A stretch of DNA of 63,991 nucleotides, filler included, from Barthelona sp. PAP020 (GCA_040182905.1; 39 parts of 39 records of this genome joined end to end with filler, not necessarily neighbours in it), one strand, 5' to 3'. Positions 9,663 to 21,184 are shown, counted from the first letter of the whole stretch. The notes: generated by a model from the sequence alone, not told the origin. Made by a program: numbers and translations.

Positions 9663-9897
9663 GATGGAAAATTTGATTAAGGAAATTGAGACAATGGTTG
9701 AAATTTTGGGAAAATTTCTTTTGTAATCTTTCAAGATTCTTTATCAGCCAGTAACATTAGATTCTTCTTTGTCTTAAGCTCAACTAGTTGTTTTATTATT
9801 TGATAAATTCTGAAATACGAGAAATTTTGCTTGATTCAAATTCTGGCGCATTTCTTCACGCTTTTCTTTTTCCCTCCTTGTGAAATGCCCGCTGCGC

Positions 9898-10153
9898 TTC
9901 ACAATAATACTAAATGTTTATAAAGACCTTTTTTGTTCTCGGTTAGAGTTTGGGGGTACTTGCAGCTGGGTCGTTTTGCATGGATGGTTCAGAACACTCT
10001 TAAAAAGAAAGAAATACTTTTGGTTTAGATGGGACGGGTCTCTAAATAAAAGTGTAATCCTATCCTTTGTCCCCCTTTTGATTCACTTTAAATGTCTCCA
10101 CTTACGTTCTCTTTGTAACACTTTGATATTCTTTGCTTTGTTGACCTGTTTTA
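9898..10153 (+). repeat. Module C4 copy
   Basis: TTCACAATAATACTAAATGTTTATAAAG...CGGTTAGAGTTTGGGGGTACTTGC; matches 21082-21184 and 44175-44574. Confidence 0.85.
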
Positions 10154-10767
10154 ACAAACTCCACACTTAACAACCAAAACGAAAGGGATTAAAAAGGGAA
10201 GGTGCAACTTAAATCTTTAGAATGTATGTCATAAGATGAAAACATTCCTTTCATCATTAACCACTACATTTTTATCAACCATTGACTATCCACAATCAAT
10301 TATACAACCTGAAAACATTTCTCCAATTTGTTTGATACTCCTTTCATCAATTCTAAGAGAAAGCAAAGCAAAAATAGATTTCTTCTTTATTTCTTCCTTT
10401 TACTCCATATACATGAACTCAAGCAGAAAATAACAACCATTTAGTCAAATATTTGCTGCAATTTTTCAATCATGTTTGATTGAAAATTCAAACCATTTTA
10501 TTTGCATCTTTCAACACTGCCAACATGATTCTCTTTACTTTTGTTAATATAAGTTTTTTTATATCATTTTTCAATTCAATGGATAACACATTGCTTTTAT
10601 TGATTTTGATTTGTTACACTTTATATGATTTTTCAAGAAAACTAATTTAACAAATTTTTCTTTTTGNNNNNNNNNNNNNNNNNNNNNNNNNNNNNNNNNN
10701 NNNNNNNNNNTTAATTAATTAANNNNNNNNNNNNNNNNNNNNNNNNNNNNNNNNNNNNNNNNNNNNT

Positions 10768-12399
10768 TTGAATAATTTTTCAAGTGGAAAATCTTTCTCC
10801 ATTTCAGTACTCCCTGATGATGTTTCCAAGACAATAATCAAGCATATAGTTAATATGGGAAAAAATCTGCAATCAACCCAAAATCTACAAATGAATGAAC
10901 AGTCCAAAATGGACACTTTAGAACGTAAGAATAAGATGGAAAAGGTACAGCATAAAGTCAATGAAGTTGAAAATAGGCGTTTAAATTCAGATTTTGACAT
11001 TCCCATTATCGATTATAAGGCACTAAATATTTCAACAGTATTAGGATCAGGTGGATATGGTACAGTTAGCAAAGGAACATATCAACATGCTGATATTGCT
11101 GTTGAGTTAACATTTGATTCAACTGAAGAAAAAGTCAAAGATGAATGCATTGCAACGGCATTTCCTCATCAATTTATATGTAAAGTGTATGGTATCATGT
11201 AGGGAAATCGATCGTACAATTCAGTGGGGTTTTGTGATGGAATATTGTTCATACACACTGAGTAGAAGGATGCATGAAATGACTGTTCTTGAGAGATTAA
11301 TTAGTATGTTACAACTGGCTTCTGCACTTGAGTTTTGTCATAACAAGGGTGTGATTCATCGAGATGTCAATCCAAAGAATGTTTTGATCAGAAATGATGG
11401 AACAACTGCTCTTTGTAATTTTGGGCTTGTTCGTTGTTTTGAAAGAAATAGTAGGTTATCTACTGTGGGAACGATTTGTTATATGCCTCCTGAATTGGTA
11501 AACAATGAAATTTTTGCTCATCCTGGCATTGATTGCTGGGCATTTGCAACAACTTACTTTGAAGTGATGACAATGTTTAAGCCTTTTAAAGGAATTTCTG
11601 ATCGTACAAGTCCTCTAAAATTAAAGAAGGGTAAATTGCCTTTTAAACGTGAAGAATTAGAATTAGCCATTGGATATAATTTTATATCTCAGTGTTTTTA
11701 TCCTGACCCTAATAAAAGACCAATGTTTTCAGAAATAGTTGAGTATCTCGATGGGTTGATTGTGGATTTGAAAAAATGTGTTTCCCTCATTATTCGTGAT
11801 TATTTTAAGAAACATAATTTGGAAGAAAATAACGGAAAAGAAAAGAAAAGAGTTGAGTTCACTATTTGTGATTCTTATGAGAAACATAAATTGTATGAAG
11901 TTGTTGTCCCGGATAATTTTTCCAAATATTGCAATACAGAGACAATACACCATTATGTACGAAATGGAAATTTACAAGCAGTCAAACAATGGATAAAGAC
12001 TGGAAATGAAGGAGAAACGGCTCTTTGGGAGGCTTCTTCTTATGGGAACAGTGCTATTGTTAAGTTTGTGTTGGATTTTGAGGTTGATGTGAACTTTTGT
12101 ATGAATACTAGTGTCTCTTCATTATTTGCTGGTTGTGAAAATCAGCATAGTTATGTGTTTCGAACTCTTTTAGACAAAGAAACTGATACTAACTATTGTA
12201 AGATCAATGGAGTTTCTTCGTTGTGTATCAGTTGTTCAAAGGGATATTTGAATATTGCTAAAATGCTCTTAGATCACGGGGTTGATATCAGTTTGTGCAA
12301 TAATGATGGTGTTTCTCCATTGTTTGTTGGTTGTTACAATGGTCATTTTGATATTGCCAAAATACTTCTTGATTATGGAGCTGACGTTGATTTATGTAG
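10768..12399 (+). pseudogene. Frameshifted TKL-like kinase + ankyrin-repeat gene
   Basis: GSGGYGTV and VYGI lie in one frame, GFVMEY/HRD in another (shift near 11197); VAVK appears as IAVE and DFG as NFG; intact-looking paralog at 58200-59624. Confidence 0.8.
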
Positions 12400-12651
12400 N
12401 NNNNNNNNNNNNNNNNNNNNNNNNNNNNNNNNNNNNNNNNNNNTTAATTAATTAANNNNNNNNNNNNNNNNNNNNNNNNNNNNNNNNNNNNNNNNNNNNA
12501 AATGGCTGTTGCAAAAGTCGCAAAGAAAGATACGAAGAATGTTTCTTACATGAAAATGGTTATGTAAATGTGTGTTTTTTATAAATAATTTGTTTATTAT
12601 TTGTTTTGTTTTTAATAAATAAAAAACAGCTTTTTTTTTCAATATTTATGA

Positions 12652-13524
12652 ATGGATTTTTGGAACAACTTGTTTAAAGGACTAAATTTTTTACCAGATG
12701 AAATAATATTTGGATTATTAAAAAAATATGATTTACCAAGAATTGAGTTTGGTGAAACCAAGAAACAAAGAATAGAAAGATTTATTAATCATTATAAAGA
12801 GCCTTTAAATTATCCATCTTTATTGTCAAACAAAGAAAATTCATCATATTTACCACCAAACATTTTTCCAAAAGGTTTAAACCGAAAAAATTTTCCTTTA
12901 CATCACCCAAATCAGGAAATTCACTTCGTTAATGATTTTGAAAGTTCAACTAATGAAAAATTATTTGACATAAAAGAAGATTTCTTTGATATTACGATAT
13001 CTGATGACATCACGATTGAATTGAAAAAATATTATATTAATTTATGTATAAAAACTTTATTAAATAAATTTTTTGAACATTTAAAAGGAGTAGATTATTC
13101 GAATTTTGAAGAAAGAAAAAAGAAGTTTTTTTTCAATGATGTATGTGACACTCTAAAAAAGTTTATGAATCAAATTGAACTATTTAATACAAATGATATT
13201 GAAACGAATGACTCTAAATTGATAGAACAGATTGCAACCAATAAGTTAATTGTTGATTCAACATTTGAAATGTGTAATTGTATTTTTCAAAGGAATTTTC
13301 AAGCTTTCTATCAAGTATACAATAATTTTACCATTGGTTCGCAAAATTGGTTGTTTGGGATAACCAAAGATATTTCACACCATGAAATGATTGGACGAGA
13401 TCGAATCAATCAAAGTAAGATTGTTCACATATTTAATGATCCAATTTTAAGAAGTTACATGCATAGTTTCTATTCGTTGGTGAAATGTTTTGAATGTGAA
13501 TGGAATATATTTGATCATTCATGA
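12652..13524 (+). CDS. Hypothetical protein (290 aa)
   Basis: Long ATG-initiated ORF in AT-rich DNA; no motif recognised. Confidence 0.65.
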   Translation: MDFWNNLFKGLNFLPDEIIFGLLKKYDLPRIEFGETKKQRIERFINHYKEPLNYPSLLSNKENSSYLPPNIFPKGLNRKNFPLHHPNQEIHFVNDFESSTNEKLFDIKEDFFDITISDDITIELKKYYINLCIKTLLNKFFEHLKGVDYSNFEERKKKFFFNDVCDTLKKFMNQIELFNTNDIETNDSKLIEQIATNKLIVDSTFEMCNCIFQRNFQAFYQVYNNFTIGSQNWLFGITKDISHHEMIGRDRINQSKIVHIFNDPILRSYMHSFYSLVKCFECEWNIFDHS

Positions 13525-13956
13525 GAATTCATTGTTATGGTAATGAATTCTCATAAGGTTTTTGCTTCAAAATAAATGCAACCCATGTTCATTATCATTC
13601 TTTGTTGCGTGGACATTTTTTGCGGTGAAAAAAAATGAAAATTTCGTAAAAACGCAAAAAAAAAGCTATACTGATAACTAATGTCCTATATGTAGGTTAT
13701 ATATGTCTTCTTTATGAAAATGTTTGTAAAATCTTTTACCTTTTATTTTCATAATTTTTAAAGACTTTTATTTTTTATGTTAACCCATTACGTTGGGTTT
13801 GGTATAGTTAGAAGTTTTTTGATGGGATGTTCGACGCCAAAATGTTTTGGTATACACATACCATTTGGATAAAAAATTTTACTTTTCATTTTGTTATCCC
13901 TTGGATTTTTATTTTTACAAGCCTAAGTTCTTGATGTGCATGTAAATTCCAAGAAA

Positions 13957-14132
13957 TTCACGTTAGGTACAAGAAAAGGTATACGAAAGCTTTTATATAC
14001 GGTGTGTTATTGAAATGAGAAGTTGGGAAAGCCTTGAATTTGAATCCTGGCTGTTTGAAATGACTTAGTTCTGATTGAAAGATTGAACGATATTGAATCC
14101 CTAAAAAAAAAGAAATGACTTCAATAACTTTG
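13957..14132 (+). repeat. Module C3 copy
   Basis: TTCACGTTAGGTACAAGAAAAGGTATACG...GAATCCCTAAAA; matches 17682-17827 and 29263-29361. Confidence 0.9.
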
Positions 14133-14233
14133 NNNNNNNNNNNNNNNNNNNNNNNNNNNNNNNNNNNNNNNNNNNNTTAATTAATTAANNNNNNNNNNNN
14201 NNNNNNNNNNNNNNNNNNNNNNNNNNNNNNNNA

Positions 14234-14668
14234 CAGAGTCATGATCGAAATTACACACCAAGTGTTGATATGTGGTCATTAGGTTGTGTTTTAGTTGAAT
14301 TATATATAGGTAAACCTTTGTTTCCAGGTAAGACAAACGCACAGATGATGCAACTATTTGTTTCTGTTTTGGGACACCCACCACAAACTCTATTGAACAA
14401 ATCCAAAAAATTTGATCAATTTTACAACAAAGACTTCACACCAACTTTTGAGCTTTTTCCTTCAAAGAGTTTAAAAGACATTTTAAAAGTTTCTCCTGCA
14501 ACTTCTGACAATACAGATCTAATTTTCTTTTACAACATGGTTACAGATTTATTGCAATTTGAACCTTCAGAAAGAATCACTCCTGATGATTGTTTAGTCA
14601 AATACTTCAATAGTACTCCCCCTGTTCCAACTATAACTTCTATAAATCAAGTTGTGAATTTTGGCTGA
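14234..14668 (+). CDS. CMGC (DYRK/Yak1-like) kinase, C-terminal fragment
   Basis: DMWSLGCVLVELYIGKPLFPG; LLQFEPSERITP. Confidence 0.85.
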   Translation, partial: QSHDRNYTPSVDMWSLGCVLVELYIGKPLFPGKTNAQMMQLFVSVLGHPPQTLLNKSKKFDQFYNKDFTPTFELFPSKSLKDILKVSPATSDNTDLIFFYNMVTDLLQFEPSERITPDDCLVKYFNSTPPVPTITSINQVVNFG

Positions 14669-15053
14669 AAATTTTGAGAAGCATTTACTTTTGGTTATGT
14701 TTTTGGTTTTATTTCTTTTTTTGAACATATCTTTAACCCTTAAAAGGTTTTTAAATTAATAAAAGCATGTATTGTTGATATGTGTTTTGTGAACTCAATA
14801 CAGTTCTTTGTGAATGATGGATGATTATTTTTGTCCTATTCGTTATTAGTTTGTATACGTGTAAATATGTGTTGTTTTTTATTCATTATATTTATTTATT
14901 TATAGACTTTGTGATTCGTCTATTGTGTTAATAAACTAAAAGAACTTTCATATTTATTGACTTTGAGAGTAATTGACGCCATTATTGATGATAGATAGAT
15001 TGTCGAGAATCTTTTGTTATTATTATTGTTTATTATTAATATTCACTTTAATT

Positions 15054-15317
15054 ATGATTTCTGACTTTTTGATTTCGTTATATTACAAAACGGTAATCGT
15101 TAAAATGAAAGATGGAAGATTATTGAGAGGGACTTTCGTTTCTTGTGATTATTTAGGTAATATTCTTTTAACTGCAGCAAAAGAATCAAAAATTGACATC
15201 AATGATGATATTGATGATAAATTGGATAGTTTAGAGTGGAGGGAAATGAAGTCAGTTTGTATTCCTCATATCGATTTCAGTATGATTTATTGTGTTGAAG
15301 AAGAAGAGTTTTTATAA
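15054..15317 (+). CDS. Sm/LSm-fold protein (NAA38/LSMD1-like)
   Basis: Sm1 motif VIVKMKDGRLLRGTFVSCDYLGNILL; likely start MISDF. Confidence 0.75.
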   Translation: MISDFLISLYYKTVIVKMKDGRLLRGTFVSCDYLGNILLTAAKESKIDINDDIDDKLDSLEWREMKSVCIPHIDFSMIYCVEEEEFL

Positions 15318-15725
15318 CTTTGATTCATTTTTTTGTATATTTTTCATATGTTTTTCAAAACTTTTTTTATTTGTGCATTTTTTAGTTCTTGTTTTTTCTT
15401 TTTTTTATGTAAATAGTCTATTAAATCTTTCTTGTTGTTATTTCTGATTGAAATAAAAATATAGATTGAAAAAAAACATAAACAAAATTTTTACCTTTTT
15501 TGCTTCTGTCAGGGATTTATATTTTTTTAAATGATGAAGTAAAGTTAATGAATTCTTTCCCTTTAAATTTCAATTGTCGATAATGGTTCTAAAAACAAAA
15601 ATCCTTTGGCGAATCGGATGAAATTTAAGCATTTTGCACATAAAAAAATCATTAAATTAATTCAGTTGAACTGATACTTTAATGAGAATTTGATATTTAA
15701 AGAGAACATGTTTTTGATTTTTTAA

Positions 15726-15857
15726 ATGACACCTCCTACTCAGAAGGTAGTTTATTTAGCTGATTTATCTCAAGTACAAAAAGAGCGATATTATAATTTA
15801 TTGTTGAAAAACAACATTCAATTTGTTCAAAATGATTCTGGCGAATATGTTGCCACA
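15726..15857 (+). CDS. N-terminal fragment of an unknown protein (BRCT-like start possible)
   Basis: MTPPTQKVVYLADLSQVQKERYYNLL...EYVAT, open to the contig end. Confidence 0.4.
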
Positions 15858-15957
15858 NNNNNNNNNNNNNNNNNNNNNNNNNNNNNNNNNNNNNNNNNNN
15901 NTTAATTAATTAANNNNNNNNNNNNNNNNNNNNNNNNNNNNNNNNNNNNNNNNNNNN

Positions 15958-16323
15958 ATTCTTTTGTAAATCTATTTGTAATTGAGCCCCTAAAAGAATA
16001 GTAATATCTGATTTTTCATCTAAAAAAGAATTACAAGTCAAGTAAGCAATACGTTTGGCGAACAAATTATTGATTGAAGTGCCAGATAAAACATGACTGA
16101 AAGCAAAGGAAACATCGTGCCCATGTAACCAACAAAATATTAATCTAAACATAATTTCATTTTGTTGAACAGGTGTTAAATCAGTTCTTTCAATGTTCTT
16201 TCTTAGAAATTCATATTCTGAATCCAACATTCTTTTTTCCACAATTGGATTCTGGGCATTAGCTAATCTTTGAACATATTCGTAATATTGCTCAGAAAAA
16301 TGCAATTCGACAGGTGTTGTCAT
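15958..16323 (-). CDS. AP4E1: Adaptin large subunit, AP-4 epsilon-like (3' partial)
   Basis: RLIFCWLHGHDVSFAFSH...KRIAYL...LQIDLQ, Adaptin_N pattern. Confidence 0.7.
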
Positions 16324-16593
16324 TAAAGAAAAAAATAAAGGGACTTCTTTCTTCCTTTTATTTTATTTCATAAAGCACAAAGGCATTAAGGAATTTTTAT
16401 TTGAATAAAACTGTATACTTTTTAACTTTCTGAAAAAGAAAAACATGGAATTCTACCATTGTTTCAAACGGTTTTTGTCGCATTTGAAGATCCCAAATGG
16501 TAATAATTGGTACCTTACCCCCAACAAATCCTCAAATTGATAGAAACAAAAGTTTATTGAAAAAATTAATGAAAAAACACACAAAGTACATCT

Positions 16594-17409
16594 TTACATA
16601 TTCATACTATTTGATTTGGTGTATGGAGACACAGGTCTACGAGCGGAGGCAGAAGCATTTCCATTTGTTTGATTAGGTGAAAGCATTTTGGTTTGATTAA
16701 AACCAATGTCTTTTTGTTCACTGGTATGTTTGTTTCTTAGGGTTGTTGTCTCATTTTTGAACTTCAATTTCAATCTGTTCAATTCTTTATTCTTATTCTT
16801 GGTTAGTTCAGACTTTTGCAAAAATGCTTTTTGAACTTTGGCATCGAATTCCACTTTTTGCTTTTTAATCAATTGTTTCATCTTTATCTTCAAAAGATTT
16901 TCCATTCTAGCAATGTGAGCGTTTTCTTCTTGCTCCAACTTGGCTTCTGCTTTTACTTTGGCATTATGAGCTTCTTTGAAACGTTTTTGGGTTGCTAACA
17001 TGGATTCAATTCGTTTTAAGTTTAAATATTCAGCAGAAGGTTTGATTTTTGGTCTATCCTTTTCAAAATCTTCGATAAGCGCACGACGTTCAGTTTCATG
17101 CTTTTCAATTAATTCTCGTTTCATACTCTCAGTATTTGTTTCAAATTGACGGAAATCTTCATCCCATTTCGTGTTGAATTCATCTTTTATACGTAATTGA
17201 GTATCATGTAAATCATCAGCTTCAATTTTTTGCTTATCAGCCAATATTTGACGATTTTTAGAACTTTCTTTGGCTTTTAAAGAATCTAAACGTCTTTTTG
17301 CAACTTGAGCCTCAATATAGTCTCCATTCTTTTCACATTCATTCATTCTGTCAGTCAATTGACTTATCGACTCTTCTAATGACAATGGTGCAACGTCAGG
17401 ATTTGACAT
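16594..17409 (-). CDS. Coiled-coil protein (271 aa)
   Basis: Likely start MSNPDV; CEKNGDYIEAQ and PSAEYLNLKRIE segments, K/E-rich heptads. Confidence 0.8.
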   Translation of the reverse strand: MSNPDVAPLSLEESISQLTDRMNECEKNGDYIEAQVAKRRLDSLKAKESSKNRQILADKQKIEADDLHDTQLRIKDEFNTKWDEDFRQFETNTESMKRELIEKHETERRALIEDFEKDRPKIKPSAEYLNLKRIESMLATQKRFKEAHNAKVKAEAKLEQEENAHIARMENLLKIKMKQLIKKQKVEFDAKVQKAFLQKSELTKNKNKELNRLKLKFKNETTTLRNKHTSEQKDIGFNQTKMLSPNQTNGNASASARRPVSPYTKSNSMNM

Positions 17410-17681
17410 TATATTTAAAAAATAAAACAAATAATTTTCTCCCACATTTTCCCTTTTGATTTTTGGGATTGAGTTAAATATTAGACTCAAATCACTCGTC
17501 AATGGGAGACAAAGAGAAGCATCAGTGAAGTGAAGAGGTTTTGTTGAAATTTTACTCCTTGAACAACAAACGAAGTACATGNNNNNNNNNNNNNNNNNNN
17601 NNNNNNNNNNNNNNNNNNNNNNNNNTTAATTAATTAANNNNNNNNNNNNNNNNNNNNNNNNNNNNNNNNNNNNNNNNNNNN

Positions 17682-17968
17682 GGGATTCAATATCGTCCAA
17701 TCTTTCAATCAGAACTAAGTCATTTCAAACAGCCAGGATTCAAATTCAAGGCTTTCCCAACTACTCATTTCAATAACACACCGTATATAAAAGCTTTCGT
17801 ATACTCTTTCTTGTACCTAACGTGAAATTTGTAAGCATATGCTATTGTTGTCGTGTGAATTCTGAATCGGTTGACCAAAACAGCAAAGATACCATGGAGT
17901 AATTTCCCCAACCCCAGTTAGTAAATATTAATTAAAGCCTTTAATTTTGCCCTTTCGTCTAACGTGAA
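17682..17968 (-). repeat. tRNA-downstream module stack C1-C2-(TTCACACGAC stub)-C3
   Basis: Three TTCA-headed junctions, at 17968, 17859 and 17826. Confidence 0.9.
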
Positions 17969-17974
17969 CTTTGG

Positions 17975-17987
17975 AGACTCGATCCTA
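17975..17987 (-). promoter_or_regulatory. Extra downstream B-box-like motif TAGGATCGAGTCT
   Basis: 25 nt 3' of tRNA-Ala. Confidence 0.75.
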
Positions 17988-18012
17988 CTTCTTTGTTTTT
18001 GTGTTAAAAAAA

Positions 18013-18085
18013 TGGACTATCAGGGCGTCGATCCCCGTGCCTCCCGCATGCTAAGCGGGTGCTCTACCAGGTGAGCTAATAGCCC
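18013..18085 (-). tRNA. tRNA-Ala(AGC)
   Basis: G3:U70 pair, CCCGC-TTAGCAT-GCGGG anticodon arm, GATCGA T-loop as in eukaryotic tRNA-Ala, T-run terminator. Confidence 0.97.
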
Positions 18086-18349
18086 ATAAAGAAACGAAAA
18101 ATCTATGATATATAAAATAAAATGGTTAATGTTTCAAAATTATATGTTGATGACAGTTTTCTCTTTTTCAGATCCACAAAGAGCAAATCTTTTCTTTTCT
18201 TAAAACAATTTCTAATCATTACAAATAAAATTTATTGGAGCTGAAGTATTTTGTTAAATATGCCGTTTGTGCAGATTTAATTTTCTCTTTCAATTCAATC
18301 AACCATCATATAAACCTAATTTTTACAACGCCAAAACAAGAATTCTTGC

Positions 18350-18400
18350 ATTCTTTTTTATTCACTCATACCCACAGTGCTTCTTAGCTTGGAAATAATT
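18350..18400 (-). repeat. Repeat family A stub, about 265 nt upstream of tRNA-Ala
   Basis: TTCACTCATACCCACAGTGCTTCTTAGCTTGGAAATAATT. Confidence 0.8.
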
Positions 18401-18695
18401 AATTATTTCATTTTCAGTTTACTCTTTCAAAGATAAAAAGAATCAAGAAATGGCATATTTCCATGAAAACTTGAACATTATTCTTTGGAGGTGTTAGGAA
18501 AGCTTGCATTGAAATATATTTTCTAAGCACCTCATAAAAAGGCCCAACACAACAAAACAAAATACAAATTGAAGAAAAACAAACTATTTACAAATACATT
18601 ACTCAAATCCAAATCCAAATTTCAACCAAATTTTAAAACAACCAAAGATTAATTCGAACCATAACTATTACTCTAAACAACATGAAAGTGCTAAA

Positions 18696-19133
18696 TTATA
18701 TATTCACATCAAACAATGAAAAACTATTCACAACTATGAAAATTTGAGAAAATTCCCTTAATAATGAGTCAATTCTTTCCGTTTCCATTTTATCTACCAT
18801 AAAATTTAAGTCATAAAAAGTGATATAAGTAAAATCATCTTCTAATCTGTTTATTCTTTCCGGGATCAAATAAAATGCATCGTCAACCTTTGAAATTTTC
18901 GGTTTAATATTAATATTATTGTTATATACGCCTTTAATATCAACAATATCAACATTACATTCAACATGAAATGGTTCATCAAGATATTCTTTCATATTAT
19001 TGATGTTATTGATGAATAATTTGCCAAACAGAACAATATTGGGAAAATTAACCATTTTAAAATGGCATAACACAAATGAATTTTCGTTTGAGTCAAAGGA
19101 GGAAGTTAGGAATTCAATAATTTGAATTTTCAT
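18696..19133 (-). CDS. Hypothetical protein
   Basis: 145-aa ATG ORF with globular composition. Confidence 0.5.
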   Translation of the reverse strand: MKIQIIEFLTSSFDSNENSFVLCHFKMVNFPNIVLFGKLFINNINNMKEYLDEPFHVECNVDIVDIKGVYNNNINIKPKISKVDDAFYLIPERINRLEDDFTYITFYDLNFMVDKMETERIDSLLREFSQIFIVVNSFSLFDVNI

Positions 19134-19389
19134 TTGAAAGTTTTCACAAAATCGTCAATAATTGGTTACTTACCTTTCAGTAAAAAAAGAAGCTTCAAAC
19201 AATTTTTCCTTTTTGCAAACACAAATCTTCTCCTTTTTTCAATTTTTTATCTTAATTTGCTCAACAATTCACAAAAAAAAAAAAAAAANNNNNNNNNNNN
19301 NNNNNNNNNNNNNNNNNNNNNNNNNNNNNNNNTTAATTAATTAANNNNNNNNNNNNNNNNNNNNNNNNNNNNNNNNNNNNNNNNNNNNC

Positions 19390-20691
19390 AGTCAAGTAGA
19401 TGAAAATGAGGACAGAGGACTCGATGAAAAAGAAGAAAATGCTGAAACATTGTTGGATGGTGGATTTGATCTTGGTAGTTTGGATTCTGATTCTGATGAT
19501 TCTGATGGACCTTTGATTGTTGAATCCACAGTTAAGGAATCAACAACTAATGAGTTACTTGATATGTTGAATGATTTTGGTACGGCAAATGATATCAACA
19601 TTGATTTGGAATCTGATGATGAACCATCTGAAGATGAAGAAATGCAAAATTTCTTGATGGAATCTCTTGATCTTATTGAGCGTATTTCAGTTGCTTACAA
19701 CAACACTGAAGAAATTGAATTGACAACTCAACAAACAGAAAGAGCTTCATTATTATTATCTACACTGCTTCCTTCAAATCTTAAGGAAATTGATGTTGAA
19801 ATTTTCAACAAAATTAAAGAAGCAGCCAAAGAAAATGCAAGTATTGTTTTATCACCCACTGAATTAATTTCTTTAGAAAAGTATTTACATGTGGTGGAAG
19901 ATGAAATGTCAACCACAACAATTGCTAGAGACCCTGTTGCTGCAAAATTGTCCAATGGTTTAGCGTTCTCCGCCAAATCTGGTATGGATTTGACTTCATT
20001 AACTTTAACTGAAGCTGAATGTGCAATACAGAATATTAATACATTGCCTCTTTACAAATTGGGTCCTGCAGATTTGGATGCAGCATTAAAGATTGTTGAA
20101 TCAGTTAACACAGGTAGAACATTGACTTTGAATAATGATGAAGCCTTGGTTGTTGTTGATTTACTCCATAGAGCAAAGATGCCTCAATACAAGCCTTCTG
20201 ATAGTGCCATCAAACGTGTTGCCGCAGAACTCAAATCTGCCGCAAAATCCAGTCAAAAGCATACAATGACAGCTGGTGAAGTTGAACGTGTTGCCATTTG
20301 TTTGACCAAGATTCCAATATTTGTGATGAAACCTAAAGAAGCTTTTGCTGTTGCAGAATTAATTGACCAAAGAAAGTTTGGTACTGCAATATGTGTTGTT
20401 CCCAGTAAAGCTTGGAAAATTGGTGATGTGCTTTCCAATGCTGAAGAACTAATAGCTCAAGCCCAACAACGATTGAAAAGACCCAGTGGAACTAAGACTC
20501 AACCTGAGCGCACAACTGTGAATCGTCCACGTGTTTCTAGCTTTAATGAAGCCAAATCAAACACTTCTCAATCTCCTCTTGCCAGATTATCCGTACAATC
20601 AAAGAACTTAAAAGTCCTTTCAGCTTCGGAATCCAAAAAGAGATTGTTTAATCCTTTAATTGCAAGTCAAACTTATTCAAAAAATGAATAA
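19390..20691 (+). CDS. Hypothetical protein, acidic N-part plus internally repeated helical domain (5' partial)
   Basis: Frame open from the contig start; host-like codon usage. Confidence 0.75.
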   Translation, partial: SQVDENEDRGLDEKEENAETLLDGGFDLGSLDSDSDDSDGPLIVESTVKESTTNELLDMLNDFGTANDINIDLESDDEPSEDEEMQNFLMESLDLIERISVAYNNTEEIELTTQQTERASLLLSTLLPSNLKEIDVEIFNKIKEAAKENASIVLSPTELISLEKYLHVVEDEMSTTTIARDPVAAKLSNGLAFSAKSGMDLTSLTLTEAECAIQNINTLPLYKLGPADLDAALKIVESVNTGRTLTLNNDEALVVVDLLHRAKMPQYKPSDSAIKRVAAELKSAAKSSQKHTMTAGEVERVAICLTKIPIFVMKPKEAFAVAELIDQRKFGTAICVVPSKAWKIGDVLSNAEELIAQAQQRLKRPSGTKTQPERTTVNRPRVSSFNEAKSNTSQSPLARLSVQSKNLKVLSASESKKRLFNPLIASQTYSKNE

Positions 20692-20870
20692 TTAAAAGTG
20701 GTTTAAAGTTTATTATAAAATGTATTCATTGAATTTTATTTTTTTACAAATTAGAACAAAAGAGAGAGAGCATTCAAAACAGAAAATTTGAACAGAAGGA
20801 AGATAAAATTTGTCAAAATAAAGTTGGAGCATGTATAAAAAGAGAAAAAACATTTAATTTTTTATTTTAA

Positions 20871-20981
20871 ATGGTTGATACTCAATTACTTGAATTGTTC
20901 GAAGGCTTATTCAAGCGTTTGGATACACTTGAAAACAGACTTTCTGCTCTTGAAGGTGGAAAAGTTGTTCAACAAGAAAAG
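20871..20981 (+). CDS. N-terminal fragment, possibly adenylyl cyclase-associated protein (CAP/Srv2)
   Basis: MVDTQLLELFEGLFKRLDTLENRLSALEGG resembles the RLE-motif N-terminus of CAP. Confidence 0.45.
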
Positions 20982-21081
20982 NNNNNNNNNNNNNNNNNNN
21001 NNNNNNNNNNNNNNNNNNNNNNNNNTTAATTAATTAANNNNNNNNNNNNNNNNNNNNNNNNNNNNNNNNNNNNNNNNNNNN

Positions 21082-21184
21082 CGACAATAATAATAAATGT
21101 TTATAAAGATCTTTATTGTTCTCGGTTAGAGTTTGGGGGTACTTGCAACTGAGTCGTTTTGCGTGGATGGTTCAGAACACTCTT
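21082..21184 (+). repeat. Module C4 copy
   Basis: CGACAATAATAATAAATGTTTATAAAGATC...GGTTCAGAACACTCTT. Confidence 0.9.
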
